The notes under the pieces were generated by a model that did not search any database, was not told the DNA's origin, and saw nothing but the letters and a program-made list of their open reading frames with translations. 64,000 nucleotides of DNA from Squalus acanthias (taxonomy: Eukaryota), in the NCBI GenBank assembly GCA_030390025.1, contig CM059432.1, positions 2,480,001 through 2,544,000 on the forward strand, written 5' to 3'. Position 1 is the first letter of the stretch. The number at the start of each line of letters is the position of its first letter. This document shows positions 48,701 to 59,700 of the stretch, in pieces. Position numbers and translations under genes: made by a program.

Positions 48701-50030
48701 CAATGTTCCCGCTAAGCCGCGCGGCGCTCTGGAGGTCCCGCACAGGCCGCTCACCGGCTTTGATGTTGAAGGAACCGCACATGCGCGAAAACTTGAATAA
48801 GTCGCGGTCACTTAAAGGGACCACGCATATAAAAAAAGAGAGGGAACAGGTCATGCCCTCAGCCTTCCCTTCCCTCGAGAAAAGAGCCCCAGCTTTTCAG
48901 TCTTTCCCGATAATTATAACCTCTCAGTTCTGGCATCACCCTGGTAAAGCTTTTTTTTTGCACCTTCTCCAGTGCCTCTATATCCCTTTTTGTGATATGG
49001 AGACCAGAACTGTGCACAGTGTGGTCTGACCAAGATTCGATACAGATTTAAAATAACTTCTCTGCTCTTTTAATTCTATCCCTCTAGAAATGAACCCCAA
49101 TGCTTAGTTTGCATTTTTTTTCTTTAATATACGTTCTTGTTAACTTGCGCTGCTAGTTTTGATGATTTGCGAATGTGCAGCCCCAGATCCCTTTGCTCCT
49201 CTACCCCATTTCGCGCCGTAAAATGTTTTGTGCGAATAATCTTGGAAGACAAATAGCTGACACAGACCAGCGAGTGAAATCACAATAATTTATTTGCTTT
49301 GAGTTACGATCCAGTGATGTACAGTTTTAAATAGCAATGAAATACATAGTGGAGAGGGCTGCCACACAACCTGCAACTGGTCGACGAGTATGGCTGCTCA
49401 TAATACTGTTTGTGTTTTGCCATTCTGTACATACTGCGATCAGGTTAACCAAATGCCCCGGGACATTTCCCCCCTTCCCTCCAGAATACTCCCTAAAATC
49501 AGAAGGGTTCAGTTTGGGGGGGGGGGGGGGGGGGGGGGTGTGGGGGCAATGTTCCCGCTAAGCTGCCCAGCCACGCAGCGATCTGCAGCTCCCGCGCAGG
49601 ACGCTCAATGGCGTTATAATGGAAAAGAAACGCGCACGCACGGTAATTTGAATGGGCCGCGCAGCTCCTTAAAGATTGGAATATTGGTGGTGGTTGGGTG
49701 GGGGGGGGGGGGGGTCCCGCGGGGGCAATGCTCCCGCTAAGCCGCGCAGCAATCTGCAGGGTCCCGCGCAGGCCGCTCATCGGCTTTTCCATTGTAGGTA
49801 CCGCACATGCGCAAAAAATTTGAACAGGGGAGGGAGGCCGCGCGGCAGGCAGTGCATCTTGTGTGGGGGAGGGGGGGGGACGACGGACACCTCCTGCTCT
49901 CTGCAGCTCCCACGCAGACCGCCCAATGGCGTTATAATGGAAAAAAACCTGCGCACTCGCGGTATTTTAAACGGGCCGCGCAGCCCCTTAAAGGGGCCTG
50001 GCGCCCAAAATAATATTAACGGGAACACTG
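48701..50030. mobile_element. Cluster of hAT MITE copies (48701-48850, 49547-49686, 49726-50030)
   Basis: Repeated caatgttcccgctaagc starts and gggaacactg end, same internal sequence as the 5710 and 45812 copies. Confidence 0.7.
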
Positions 50031-50337
50031 ATTTGGGGGGGGGGGGGTGCGGTTTTTGACAAGTAAAAGTTAGTTCTGGTCGAAAATAAGACACCACTAA
50101 AATGGTACCATTCCTGGTAAGAAAATAAGAGACAAAAGCTAACAAATTGATCTAGACTACAGTTCAATACTTACTATACAAAATTGTCATGTTACCAAAG
50201 CCGAAAACACATTTTGTACAACAACAATGACTGACCCTTTTTGTAGGTTTCTTTCTGGGAGAGAACTCGGGAGACGTTGTAGCTTGTTTTTTTTGCCGGT
50301 TAGAATGCGCAGCGAGCAGATTTCAGATGCTGGTCAC

Positions 50338-50506
50338 CAAAGCTTCCCTTTAAGCTGCGCGGCCCTCCGCAGCTCCCCGCGCAGGCCGGCTCTCAACACG
50401 GGTAAAACCGCGGACGCGCGGTGTCGCGAATGGGCCGCGCAGCTCCACTTAAAAGGAGCCGCGCACCCCCCCAAAAAAAAAAAAAAATGAATTAAAGGGA
50501 ACACTG
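50338..50506. mobile_element. hAT-type MITE
   Basis: Perfect 8-bp TSD ctggtcac at 50330-50337 and 50507-50514; end ttaaagggaacactg. Confidence 0.85.
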
Positions 50507-51364
50507 CTGGTCACCCATACCCCACTCGCTTTAAGTAACCAACAGTTTCAGTCTCTTTCCTGGTATTTTTTTTAAATAATTGTTTTTCCTTATTTGGTGA
50601 AAACCAAAAGTATCACTTTTTACTGTAACAAAAAAAATTAGACTCCTACTTTATTTTTAAAGCGCGCCGAGCTCGCACAAATATCAATTCTGCTTAATTT
50701 AAATAAATCAGCGTGTAAAAAAAAAGCTATTTTACACAGGGGGGAAAAAAAGAGTAATACTCTTGGTTCTGGCAAAAGAGAAAATCTCTGAAGCACCTTC
50801 GCTCTCTCGTCTCTCTCCTCCCTCCCAGCAGTTAGCATTGGATGACCAAAACACAGGAAATCGCCCATTTCACACTTGCTGGATGAGCGTTCGAGATCCA
50901 ATTTGGCAAGGTTTCCTCGCTCAACTTGGGAGCAATGGCGTCACTTCTGCGCAAGAACTGTTAGATGTAGTGGTCGTCCATCTTTGGGTAGTCTTCGCAC
51001 AGCCACCGCCTGCAACGAGCCACCGTGTGTTATAACTGGGCTCTGTCTGGCGTTGGGAGGTCCGAGGGGGGCCCAGCTCTGAACGCCGGCCAAGCAGGGG
51101 CGGCAGCCGGCCAGACCTTGGAAATGTTTTTGTCCCAAACATGAGGAGATGAAACTGATGGGATTTATAAATCACAGTTGGATGTTCACAGTGCCGAGGA
51201 TACAACATGGCTGTTATCAGATGTCAGGCTATCGGAGAATAACCTACCAACTCATTGCTGATAATTTCCATACTGCCCCTGGAAAGACAAACAGAGATAC
51301 GGGTCAGATGAGGAAATGTGGTCAAGAGCGAGAGCGAGGCACCAAACAAAAAAATTCTGCTATT

Positions 51365-51690
51365 CCCATTGACACCTCCTCCAGACCCATCTTTTGTTCC
51401 TTTACTTGTCCCATTGACCATCTCCTTTTGCCTCGCACCATCATCCCTTTTGTCAGTCAATCTCTCCTGCCTTCCACCCTATCACAGACCTTCTCCTTTT
51501 GTTCCTTTCCTCCCCTCCTCCCTTTCCCTGCCCCCTGCACTTGCTTAAAAATCTGTCACATCTCTTAACTTTTTTCCAAGTTCTGACGAAAGGTCATCGA
51601 CCTGAAACGTGAACTCTTGTTTCTCTCTCTCCACAATCGCTGCCTGATCTGCTGAGAGTCTCCAGCCTCCGCAGTAATTTGCTTTCATAA
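51365..51690 (+). repeat. Penelope-like 3' region with hammerhead motif (51579-51615)
   Basis: Pyrimidine-rich tract then agtt-CTGACGA-a-aggtc atc gacct-GAAA-cg-tg-aact. Confidence 0.6.
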
Positions 51691-51774
51691 AAACAAAATG
51701 CCGTGTCACTCCAGGAGCTTTTACACTACAGTGCACGGTGCAAGCGACAGCAGGTGCACTGTTCTTTCTTGCTA

Positions 51775-52550
51775 AAACAACTTGTATTGATACAACACCC
51801 TGAACGCAGCAAAACGTCCCAAGGCGCTTCACAGGGACGAAAATCAGGCAAAATTTGACACCGAGCCACATAAGGAGATATTAGGACAGGTGACCAAAAG
51901 CTTGGTCAAAGAGGTAGGTTTTAAGGAGCGTCTTAAAGGAGGAGAGAGAGAGGTGGAGAACATAAGAATTAGGAGCAGGAGTCGGCCATACAGCCCCTCG
52001 AGCCTGCTCCGTCATTCAATCAGATCATGGCTGATCTTCGACCTCAACTCCACTTTCCTGCCCGATCCCCATATCCCTTGATTCCCCTAGAGTCCAAAAA
52101 TCTATACTCAAAGACTCAGCATTCACAGCTCTCTGGGGCTGAGAATTCCAAATATTCACAACCCTCAGTGAAGAAATTCCTCCTCATCTCAGTCTTAAAT
52201 GACCGACCCCTTATCCTGAGACTGTGCCCCCTAGTTCTAGACTCTTCAGCCAGGGGAAACAACCTCTCAGCATCTACCCTGTCAATCCCCCTCAGAATCT
52301 TGTATGTTTCAATGAGATCACCTCTCATTCTTCTAAACTCCAAGAGTATAGGCCCATTCTACACAATCTCTCATCATAGGACAGACTTCCCATCCCAGGA
52401 ATCAATCTAGTGAACCTTCGTTGCAACGCCTCCAAGGCAAGTATATCCTTCCTCAGATAAGGAGACCAAAACTGCGCACAGTACTCCAGGTGTGGTCTCA
52501 CCAAGGCCCTGTACAATTGTAGCAACGGTGGAGCGATTAAAATCAGGGAT
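51775..52550 (-). mobile_element. L2 tail interrupted by a CR1 fragment (51957-52525)
   Basis: ORFs 52116-52343 and 52325-52525 are CR1; flanks are L2 3' sequence. Confidence 0.8.
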
Positions 52551-52959
52551 GGAAGTGGCTAGAGCTGCCATCATTTTATGTCAGCTTTAGTCACGTGGCA
52601 TTAACCATAATTTCCACTTTGGTATTTTTTGTCCCCCCCACCACCACCCCAAGGGGGGAATGAGAAGCTTTCCTTCCCCCCCAAAAAAAGTCAAACCATC
52701 CAAGAGAGGCTATAAACTTCCAAAGCTCAGCATCGTTATGGCTCGTTGGGTAAAGTCCACAATGAATTGGACTAATTCATTGCTTCTTTCTGGAAATGTG
52801 AAAGGGAATGAGCGGTGCATTTTATCCCCAGACAGGAATGAACACACGGTGATACAAGAGTCCCTTCAAATGAGTTTTAAACAGCTACTTTTAATTACAG
52901 TACACTTTTGCAATTTTTAAAAACCAAGCACATTTCCAAAGTTTTTTTTCCCCCTCTTT

Positions 52960-53556
52960 CATCCATGCCTTTGTTACCTCTAGACTTGACTATTCCAATG
53001 CACTCCTGGCCGGCCTCCCACATTCCACCCGACGTAAACTTGAGGTCATCCAAAACTCGGCTGCCCGTGTCCTAACTCGCACCAAGTCCTGTTCGCCCAT
53101 CTCCCCTGTGCTCGCTGACCTACAGTGGCTCCCGGTTAAGCAGCGCCTCGATTTTAAAATTCTCATCCTGGTGTTCAAATCCCTCCATGGGCCTCGCCCC
53201 TCCCTATCTCTGTAATCTCCTTCAGCCCCACAACCCCCCGAGATATCTGTGCTCCTCTAATTCTGTCCTCTTGAGCATCCCTGATTATAATCGTTCAACC
53301 ATTGGCGGCCGTGCCTTCTGTTGCCTGGGCCCAAAGCTCTGGAATTCCCTCCCTAAACCTCTCCGCCTCGCTACCTCTCTCTCCTCCTTTAAGACGCTCC
53401 TTAAAACCTACCTCTTTGACCAAGCTATTGGTCATCTGCCCTAATTTGTCCTTATGTGGCTCGGTGTCAACTTTTTTTAATGACACTCCTGTGAAGCGCC
53501 TTGGGACGTTTTACTACATTAAAGGCGCTGTATAAATACAAGTTGAAGTTGTTGTT
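52960..53556 (+). mobile_element. L2 3' fragment
   Basis: IHAFVTSRLDYSNALLAGLP...QNSAARVL motif and (GTT)n tail. Confidence 0.85.
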
Positions 53557-53821
53557 ATTGTTTTCCCTGATCAGGTGATCGGTCACTATTGCTCGCTAAC
53601 CAATTACTAAAAATGTGCACAAGAGCAGGCCAGGTGGATTTGGTCCCAGGGATTTTCCCCACCCTTCTCCTCCCATCAGGAAAGTGTCTCGCTCTGAATA
53701 AACCCTGGGGACTATTTTGGGCATGGTTGGGAATCATGAGAGTAAACTTAAGTCCCACTACTCTGCAAGGGAGCACGTTTGCACAACCCTCTCACGTCAC
53801 TCGACTGCTTCTCCCATTAAG

Positions 53822-54280
53822 AGTGGCAGCACCCTCGTCTGTGAATCAGAAGATTGTGGGTTCAAGTCCCACTCCAGAGACTTGAGCACAAAAAAAAAAT
53901 CTAGGCTGACATTCTCCAGTGCCAGTACTGAGGGAGTGCTGCACTGTCAGAGGGGCTGTCTTTCGGATGAGACGTTAAACCGAGGCCTTGTCTGCCCTCT
54001 TAGGTGGACGTAAAAGATCCCACGGCACTATTTCAAAGAAGAGCAGGGGAGTTCTCCCTGGTGTCCTGGCCAATATTTATCTCAACCAAAATCACTAAAA
54101 ACAGATGATCTGGCCATTATCTCATTGCTGTTTGTGGGAGCTTGCTGTGCGCAAATTGGCTGCCACGTTTCCTACATTACAACAGTGACTACACTTCAAA
54201 AAGTACGTCATTGGCTGTGAAGCGCTTTGAGACGTCCGGAGGTTGTGAAAGGCGTTAGAAAAATGCAAGTCTTTCTTTTT
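53822..54280 (+). mobile_element. DeuSINE
   Basis: Family match. Confidence 0.8.
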
Positions 54281-54684
54281 TTTCTTTAATTTTCCAAGTC
54301 TCCTTAACTCCTACTTTTATGTTTCCTAATCCTCTTCAATTAACATCTATAATTCACCTAAAATCAATAGATAAATATCGACTAAACAAAGAACGGAGTG
54401 CCGAGGTCCTGTGGGCAGAAGTCTGTGTCAGCAGTACTGTCCTTTCCAACAGACTGAGTGACACTTTGGGTCACAGTATTGGTCACCGTGTCCACAGCAC
54501 CCGAGACCATCCCTCTGCAGCTAGAACCTCGTCAGACAATGGCCAACTTTGAAACAAAAAGCAGCTCCGAACTTGGGCACTTGCTCTGAAATCGGAAGAT
54601 CCATGGATTGGTAGAAAAATACAGCACATTCAGCCCATCATACACAGGCCATACGGCCCATCGCACTTGCGCTGGTTCTTTGAA

Positions 54685-55525
54685 AGACTTGACGTTTATA
54701 CAGCACCTTTCACAACCTCAGGACATCCCAAAGCGCTTTACAGCCAATGACGTACTTTTTCTGTGTAGTCACTGTTGTAATGTAGGAAACGCGGCAGCCA
54801 ATTTGTGCACAGCAAGTTCCCACAAACAGCAATGTGATAATGACCAGATAATTTGTCTTTAGATGTCGATTGAGGGATAAATATTGGTTAGGACACGGGA
54901 ATAACTCCCCTGCTCTTCTTCGAAATAGTGTCATAGGATTTTAATACGTCCACCTGAGGGGGCAGATGGGGCCTCGGTTTAACGTCTCGTCCGAAAGACG
55001 GCACCTCCGACAGTGCAGTGCTCCCTCAGTACCACCCCTCCGACAATGCGGCACTCCCTCAGTACTGCCCCTCCGACAGTGCGGCGCTCCCTCAGTACTG
55101 CCCCTCCGACAGTGCGGTACTCCCTCAGTACTGCCCCTCCGACAGTGCGGCGCTCCCTCAGTACTGCCCCTCCGACAGTGCGGCGCTCCCTCAGTACTGC
55201 CCCTCCGACAGTGCGGCGCTCCCTCAGTACTGCCCCTCCGACAGTGCGGCGCTCCCTCAGTACTGCCCCTCCGACAGTGCGGCGCTCCCTCAGTACTGCC
55301 CCTCCGACAGTGCGGCACTCCCTCAGTACTGCCCCTCCGACAGTGCGGCACTCCCTCAGTACTGCCCTCCGACAGTGCGGCCCTCCCTCAGCACTGCCCC
55401 TCCGACAGTGCGGCGCTCCCTCAGTGCTGCCCTGGAGCGTCAGTCTTGACTTTTGTGCTCAAGTCTCTGGAGTGAACGCACAACCTTCTGACTCAGAGGC
55501 GAGAGTGCGACCTGCTGGGCCACAG
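54685..55525 (-). mobile_element. DeuSINE with internal minisatellite expansion
   Basis: SINE tail, core and head flank the array. Confidence 0.8.
55004..55432. repeat. 33-bp minisatellite, about 13 copies
   Basis: Unit ccgacagtgcggcgctccctcagtactgcccct, head to tail, no spacers. Confidence 0.95.
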
Positions 55526-56047
55526 CGGAGCTATCCAATTAGTCACACTCCTTCCCCCACAGCCCCATACTCCTGCCACTTGGCAAAACAGTATAACCGT
55601 AGTCACTGTCCCATGTCTGTGTGTACATAACAAAACTCAGCTTGGGAAACAGAATTGGCCATCGATAAAATGTTTACTTTTAGCATTTCTACATCTACCG
55701 CCTTTCCTACGATTCAGTTCAGAGGGGATACAACCGAGGTAGGAGCAGAGTTACAGGATCAGTCACAACGCTGAGAGCTACATCGGACACACACACACAC
55801 ACACGCGATAGGAATGAGCACATGGTGATACAAAAGTGTCTTTCACATGAGTTTTAACCAGCTACTTTTAATTACAGTACACTTTGCAAATTTGAAAAAT
55901 CAAGCACATTTCCATCGTCACTTTTTCTCTCAATCTGCCCTTTCTCTTATTTAATAAAAATACTTTTCACCTTTCTTTACAGAAAGGATCAGCCAAAAAG
56001 CTACATCTATTATGGACTCATTGTTTACGCGAATACCATTTGGATTA

Positions 56048-56790
56048 TAGAATGGAATGTTAGCACAGAGGAGGCCATTCGGCCCGTCGTGCCCGTGCCG
56101 ACTCTTTGAAAGAACCGTCGTGCTCAGTGCCACACCCAGCTTTCTCCCCACAACCCTGCAAATTAGTCCTCGTCCACTACATGTCCAATTGCCTTTTGAA
56201 AGTTCCTACGGAATCTGCTTCCACCAGCCTTTCAGGTCGTGCGTTCCAGACCTCATCAACCCTGTGTGCGAAAACATTTCTCCTCTGGTTCTTTTGCCAA
56301 TTATTTTAAATCTGTGTCCTCCGGTTACCAACCCTCCTGTCAGAGGACGCAGTTTCTCTCTATCTACTCTATCAAAATCCCACATAATTTTGAACACCTC
56401 TATCAAATCTCCCATTAACCTTCTCTGCTCCAAGGAGAACAACCCCAGCTTCTCCAGTCTCTCCCCATAACTGAAGTCCCTCATCCCTGGTACCATTCCA
56501 GTAAATCTCCTCTGTGCCCTCTCCAAGGTCTTGACATCCTTCCTCAAGTGTGGTGCCCAGAATTGGACACAACACTCCAGCTGAGGCCGAACCAGAGATT
56601 TGTAAAGGTTCAGCACGACTTCCTTATTTTTGTATTCAGTGCCCCTATTTACAAAGCCAGGTACCCCATACGCTTTCTTAACCGCCTTATCAGCTTGCCC
56701 TGCCACCTTGAAAGATTTGTGAAGATGCACCCCCAGGACCCTCTGCTCTTTCACCCCCCCCCCCCCCCCTCAAAATACCATTTAGATTAT
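56048..56790 (-). mobile_element. CR1 3' fragment
   Basis: ORF 56206-56754. Confidence 0.85.
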
Positions 56791-58064
56791 ACTGCCTCTC
56801 CAAATATACAAGAGTGAACACTGACTGCAAAAAATAAGCGGATGTTAATATTCAGTCCAGCGTATATTAAAGTTACAAACTACAGGCGTATATGACCCAG
56901 CTGTACAAGGGGTTCCAGCCATCAGGAAAGACTGAACAGGCTGGGTCTCTTTTCTCTACAACGGAGAAGACTGAGGGGTGACCCGATAGAGGTCTTTAAA
57001 ATTACAAAGGGGTTTGATAGGTTAGACGTGGAGAAGATGTTTCCACTTTGTGGGGGAGAAAGAGTCCAAAACTAGGATCGCAAAAGATCCCAAGGTACAA
57101 GAGCTGGGGAGTTCTCCCCGGTGTCCTGTGGCCAATATTTATCCCTCAATCAACATCACTAAAACAGATGATCTGGTCATTATTCACACTGCTGTTTGTG
57201 GGAGCTTGCTGTGCGCAAATTGGCTGCCGTGTTTCCTACATTACAGCAGTGACTACACTTCAAAAAGTACTTCATTGGCTGTAAAGCGCTTTGGGATGTC
57301 CGGTGGTCGAGAAAGGCGCTATATAAATGCAAGGCTTTTTTTTTCTTTTAGTTTTTGTAGCGTTACTTTACTCAATGGTCATTATTTTACAAGTTTGAAT
57401 ATTTGCACTTAACGTTGCCTTCCATTCAAAACAAATGCAAAGTTCTGACCCTTTCATAGAATGGCAGACAAGGAGGCATCGATTAGAATAAAACCTGCAG
57501 CTCTTACCGAGGGGGAAACTTTGCTGAGAATGTGTTGGTCAGTAAGGGTCATTAGTAGCGAGTGCCACTCGGCCATAGTTCCTCACTTTGTATAAAGTGT
57601 AAAAAGTTGAATCCCGCGTGTTTTCCGTTCGGGACACCATTTACATGCAATGTATTGAATTTTTTTTACAAACGTGTTGAAATTTCATCGTCTCAGTCAT
57701 GCAATATCAATCAGTACACAAGATCGCTTCCCCATGGCTCAAGTCACTTGATGCAGTCACCTGGCACGGTACCAATATTCACTAGTTTTCTTTTGGCGCC
57801 GCACGGCCCCATTCAATATACGGCACAGGCGCGGTTTTTGCATTGCAAAGCCGGCTGCGCGGAATGCTTGGAGCACCGCGTAGTTTACAGGGAACGTTGC
57901 ACAGCACTGAGGCAAATAACAAATTCCACCGGTGTTGAATTACGTTTGCCCTCCGTATCCTTGGAATAGAATTGGCCGGGGTGGGGGTGGGGGGGGGGGG
58001 GGGGGGGGGAAATCAAACAAGGATTCCCCCTCCTCCCCCAGCCTGTAGAATGTACATTTTAAAA

Positions 58065-58437
58065 AAAAATTCATTCATGGGGTGTGGGCGTTGCTGGCAA
58101 GACCGGCATTTACTGCCCATCCCTAATGGCCCTTGAGAAGGTGGTGGTGAGCCGCCTTCTGGAACCGCAGAGGACAGTTAAGAGTCAACCACATTGCAGT
58201 GGGTCTGGAGTCGCATATCGGCCAGACCGGATCAGGACAGCAGATTTCCTTCCCTAAAGGACATTAGTGAACCAGATGGGTTTTTACGACAATCCGGTAG
58301 TTTCATGGTCACCATTACTGACACTAGCTTTTCATTCCAGATTTATTTCATTAACAATTTAAATTCCCCGTGGTGGGATTTGAACTCATGTCTCTGGATC
58401 ACTAGTTCAGTAACATAACCACGATGCTACTGTACCC
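58065..58437 (-). mobile_element. tRNA-derived SINE with the tail of the second CR1-group family
   Basis: Head tagcatcgtggttatg...gagttcaaatccc; 3' end matches 7160-7255 and 62612-62730. Confidence 0.65.
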
Positions 58438-58617
58438 CTAAGTGTGTGAGCATTGTGACAGGTCAGGTTCAATAGTGATCTTCAGCCGCACCCCATCTGT
58501 GCCGAGACCCATTGTCTGGGCTTGGCCACGGAGGCTGGCCACTTGGGCGAGATGCCAGAAGGCTGCCGGTGTTTGTGAAACTGGTGAATCTTTGTTTAAC
58601 GGAGAATATTTGTAATC

Positions 58618-59700
58618 ATTAGAATCATACAGCACAGGAGGCCATTCGGCCCATCGTGCCTGTGCCAGCTCTTTGAAAGAGCTCTCCAATTAGTCCCTCT
58701 CCCCCCTGCTCTTTCCCCCATAGCCCTGCACATTTTTCCTTTTCAAGTATTTATCCAATTCCCTTTTGAAAGTTACTATTGAATCTGCTTCCACCGCCCT
58801 TTCAGGCAGCGCATTCCAGATCACAACAACTCGCTGCGTAAAAAAAAATTCTCCTCGTCTCTCCCTCTGGTTCTTTTGCCAATGACCTTCAATCTGTGTC
58901 CTCTGGTTACCGACACTCCTGCCACTGGAAACAGTTCCTCCCTATCTACTCTATCAAAAAAAAAACCTTCATAATTTTGAATGCCTCTATTAAATTTAAC
59001 CTTCTCCGCTCCAAGGAGAACAATCCCAGCTTCTCCACGTAATTGAAGTCCCTCGTCCCTCGGTCCCGCGAATGTAGCCCTCGTGATGACCCAGCTGGGC
59101 TTACTGGGGCCGACTGCTTAGCGTGCGATTGTAATTTCAGAAGTGCAGCAACCTACATTTAACGTGAAAAATGGCTTCACAATAGATCTCGTGTGATGTC
59201 ATCAAACCGGCACCATCTGATCCACGTGAGGCATTAGAACATAAGAAATAGGAGCAGGAGTAGGCCATTCGGCCCCTCGAGCCTGCTCCGCCATTCATTG
59301 AGATCATGGTTGATCTGATCTTGGCCTCAACTCCACTTTCCCGCCCGATCCCCATAACCCTTGATTCCCATTTTTCAAAAATCTGTCTATCTCCGCCTTG
59401 AATATATTCAATGACCCAGCCTCCACAGCTCTCTGGGGTAGTGAATTCCAAAGATTCACGACCCTCAGAGAAGAAATTAAATGGGTGCCCCCTTATCCTG
59501 AAAATGTGCCCCCGAGTTCTAGATTCCCCCACGAGGGGAAACATCCTCCCTGCATCTGCCTTGTTGAGGCCCCTCAGAATCTTATACGTTTCAATCAGAT
59601 CACCTCTCATTCTTCTAAACTCCAATGAGTATCGGCCCAACCCGCTCAACTTTTCCTCATAAGACAACCCCTTCATCTCAGGAATCAACCTAATGAATCT
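58618..59700 (-). mobile_element. Two CR1 3' fragments (58618-59060, 59235-59700)
   Basis: CR1 3' UTR and C-terminal ORF remnants. Confidence 0.82.

Noticed and set aside
50921..51208. Terminal exon of a minus-strand gene
   Set aside because: There is a plausible acceptor and downstream AATAAA, but no recognisable homology or linked exons.
55004..55432. CRISPR array or repetitive protein gene
   Set aside because: Head-to-tail units with no unique spacers, no cas genes, eukaryotic context; the unit derives from SINE sequence.
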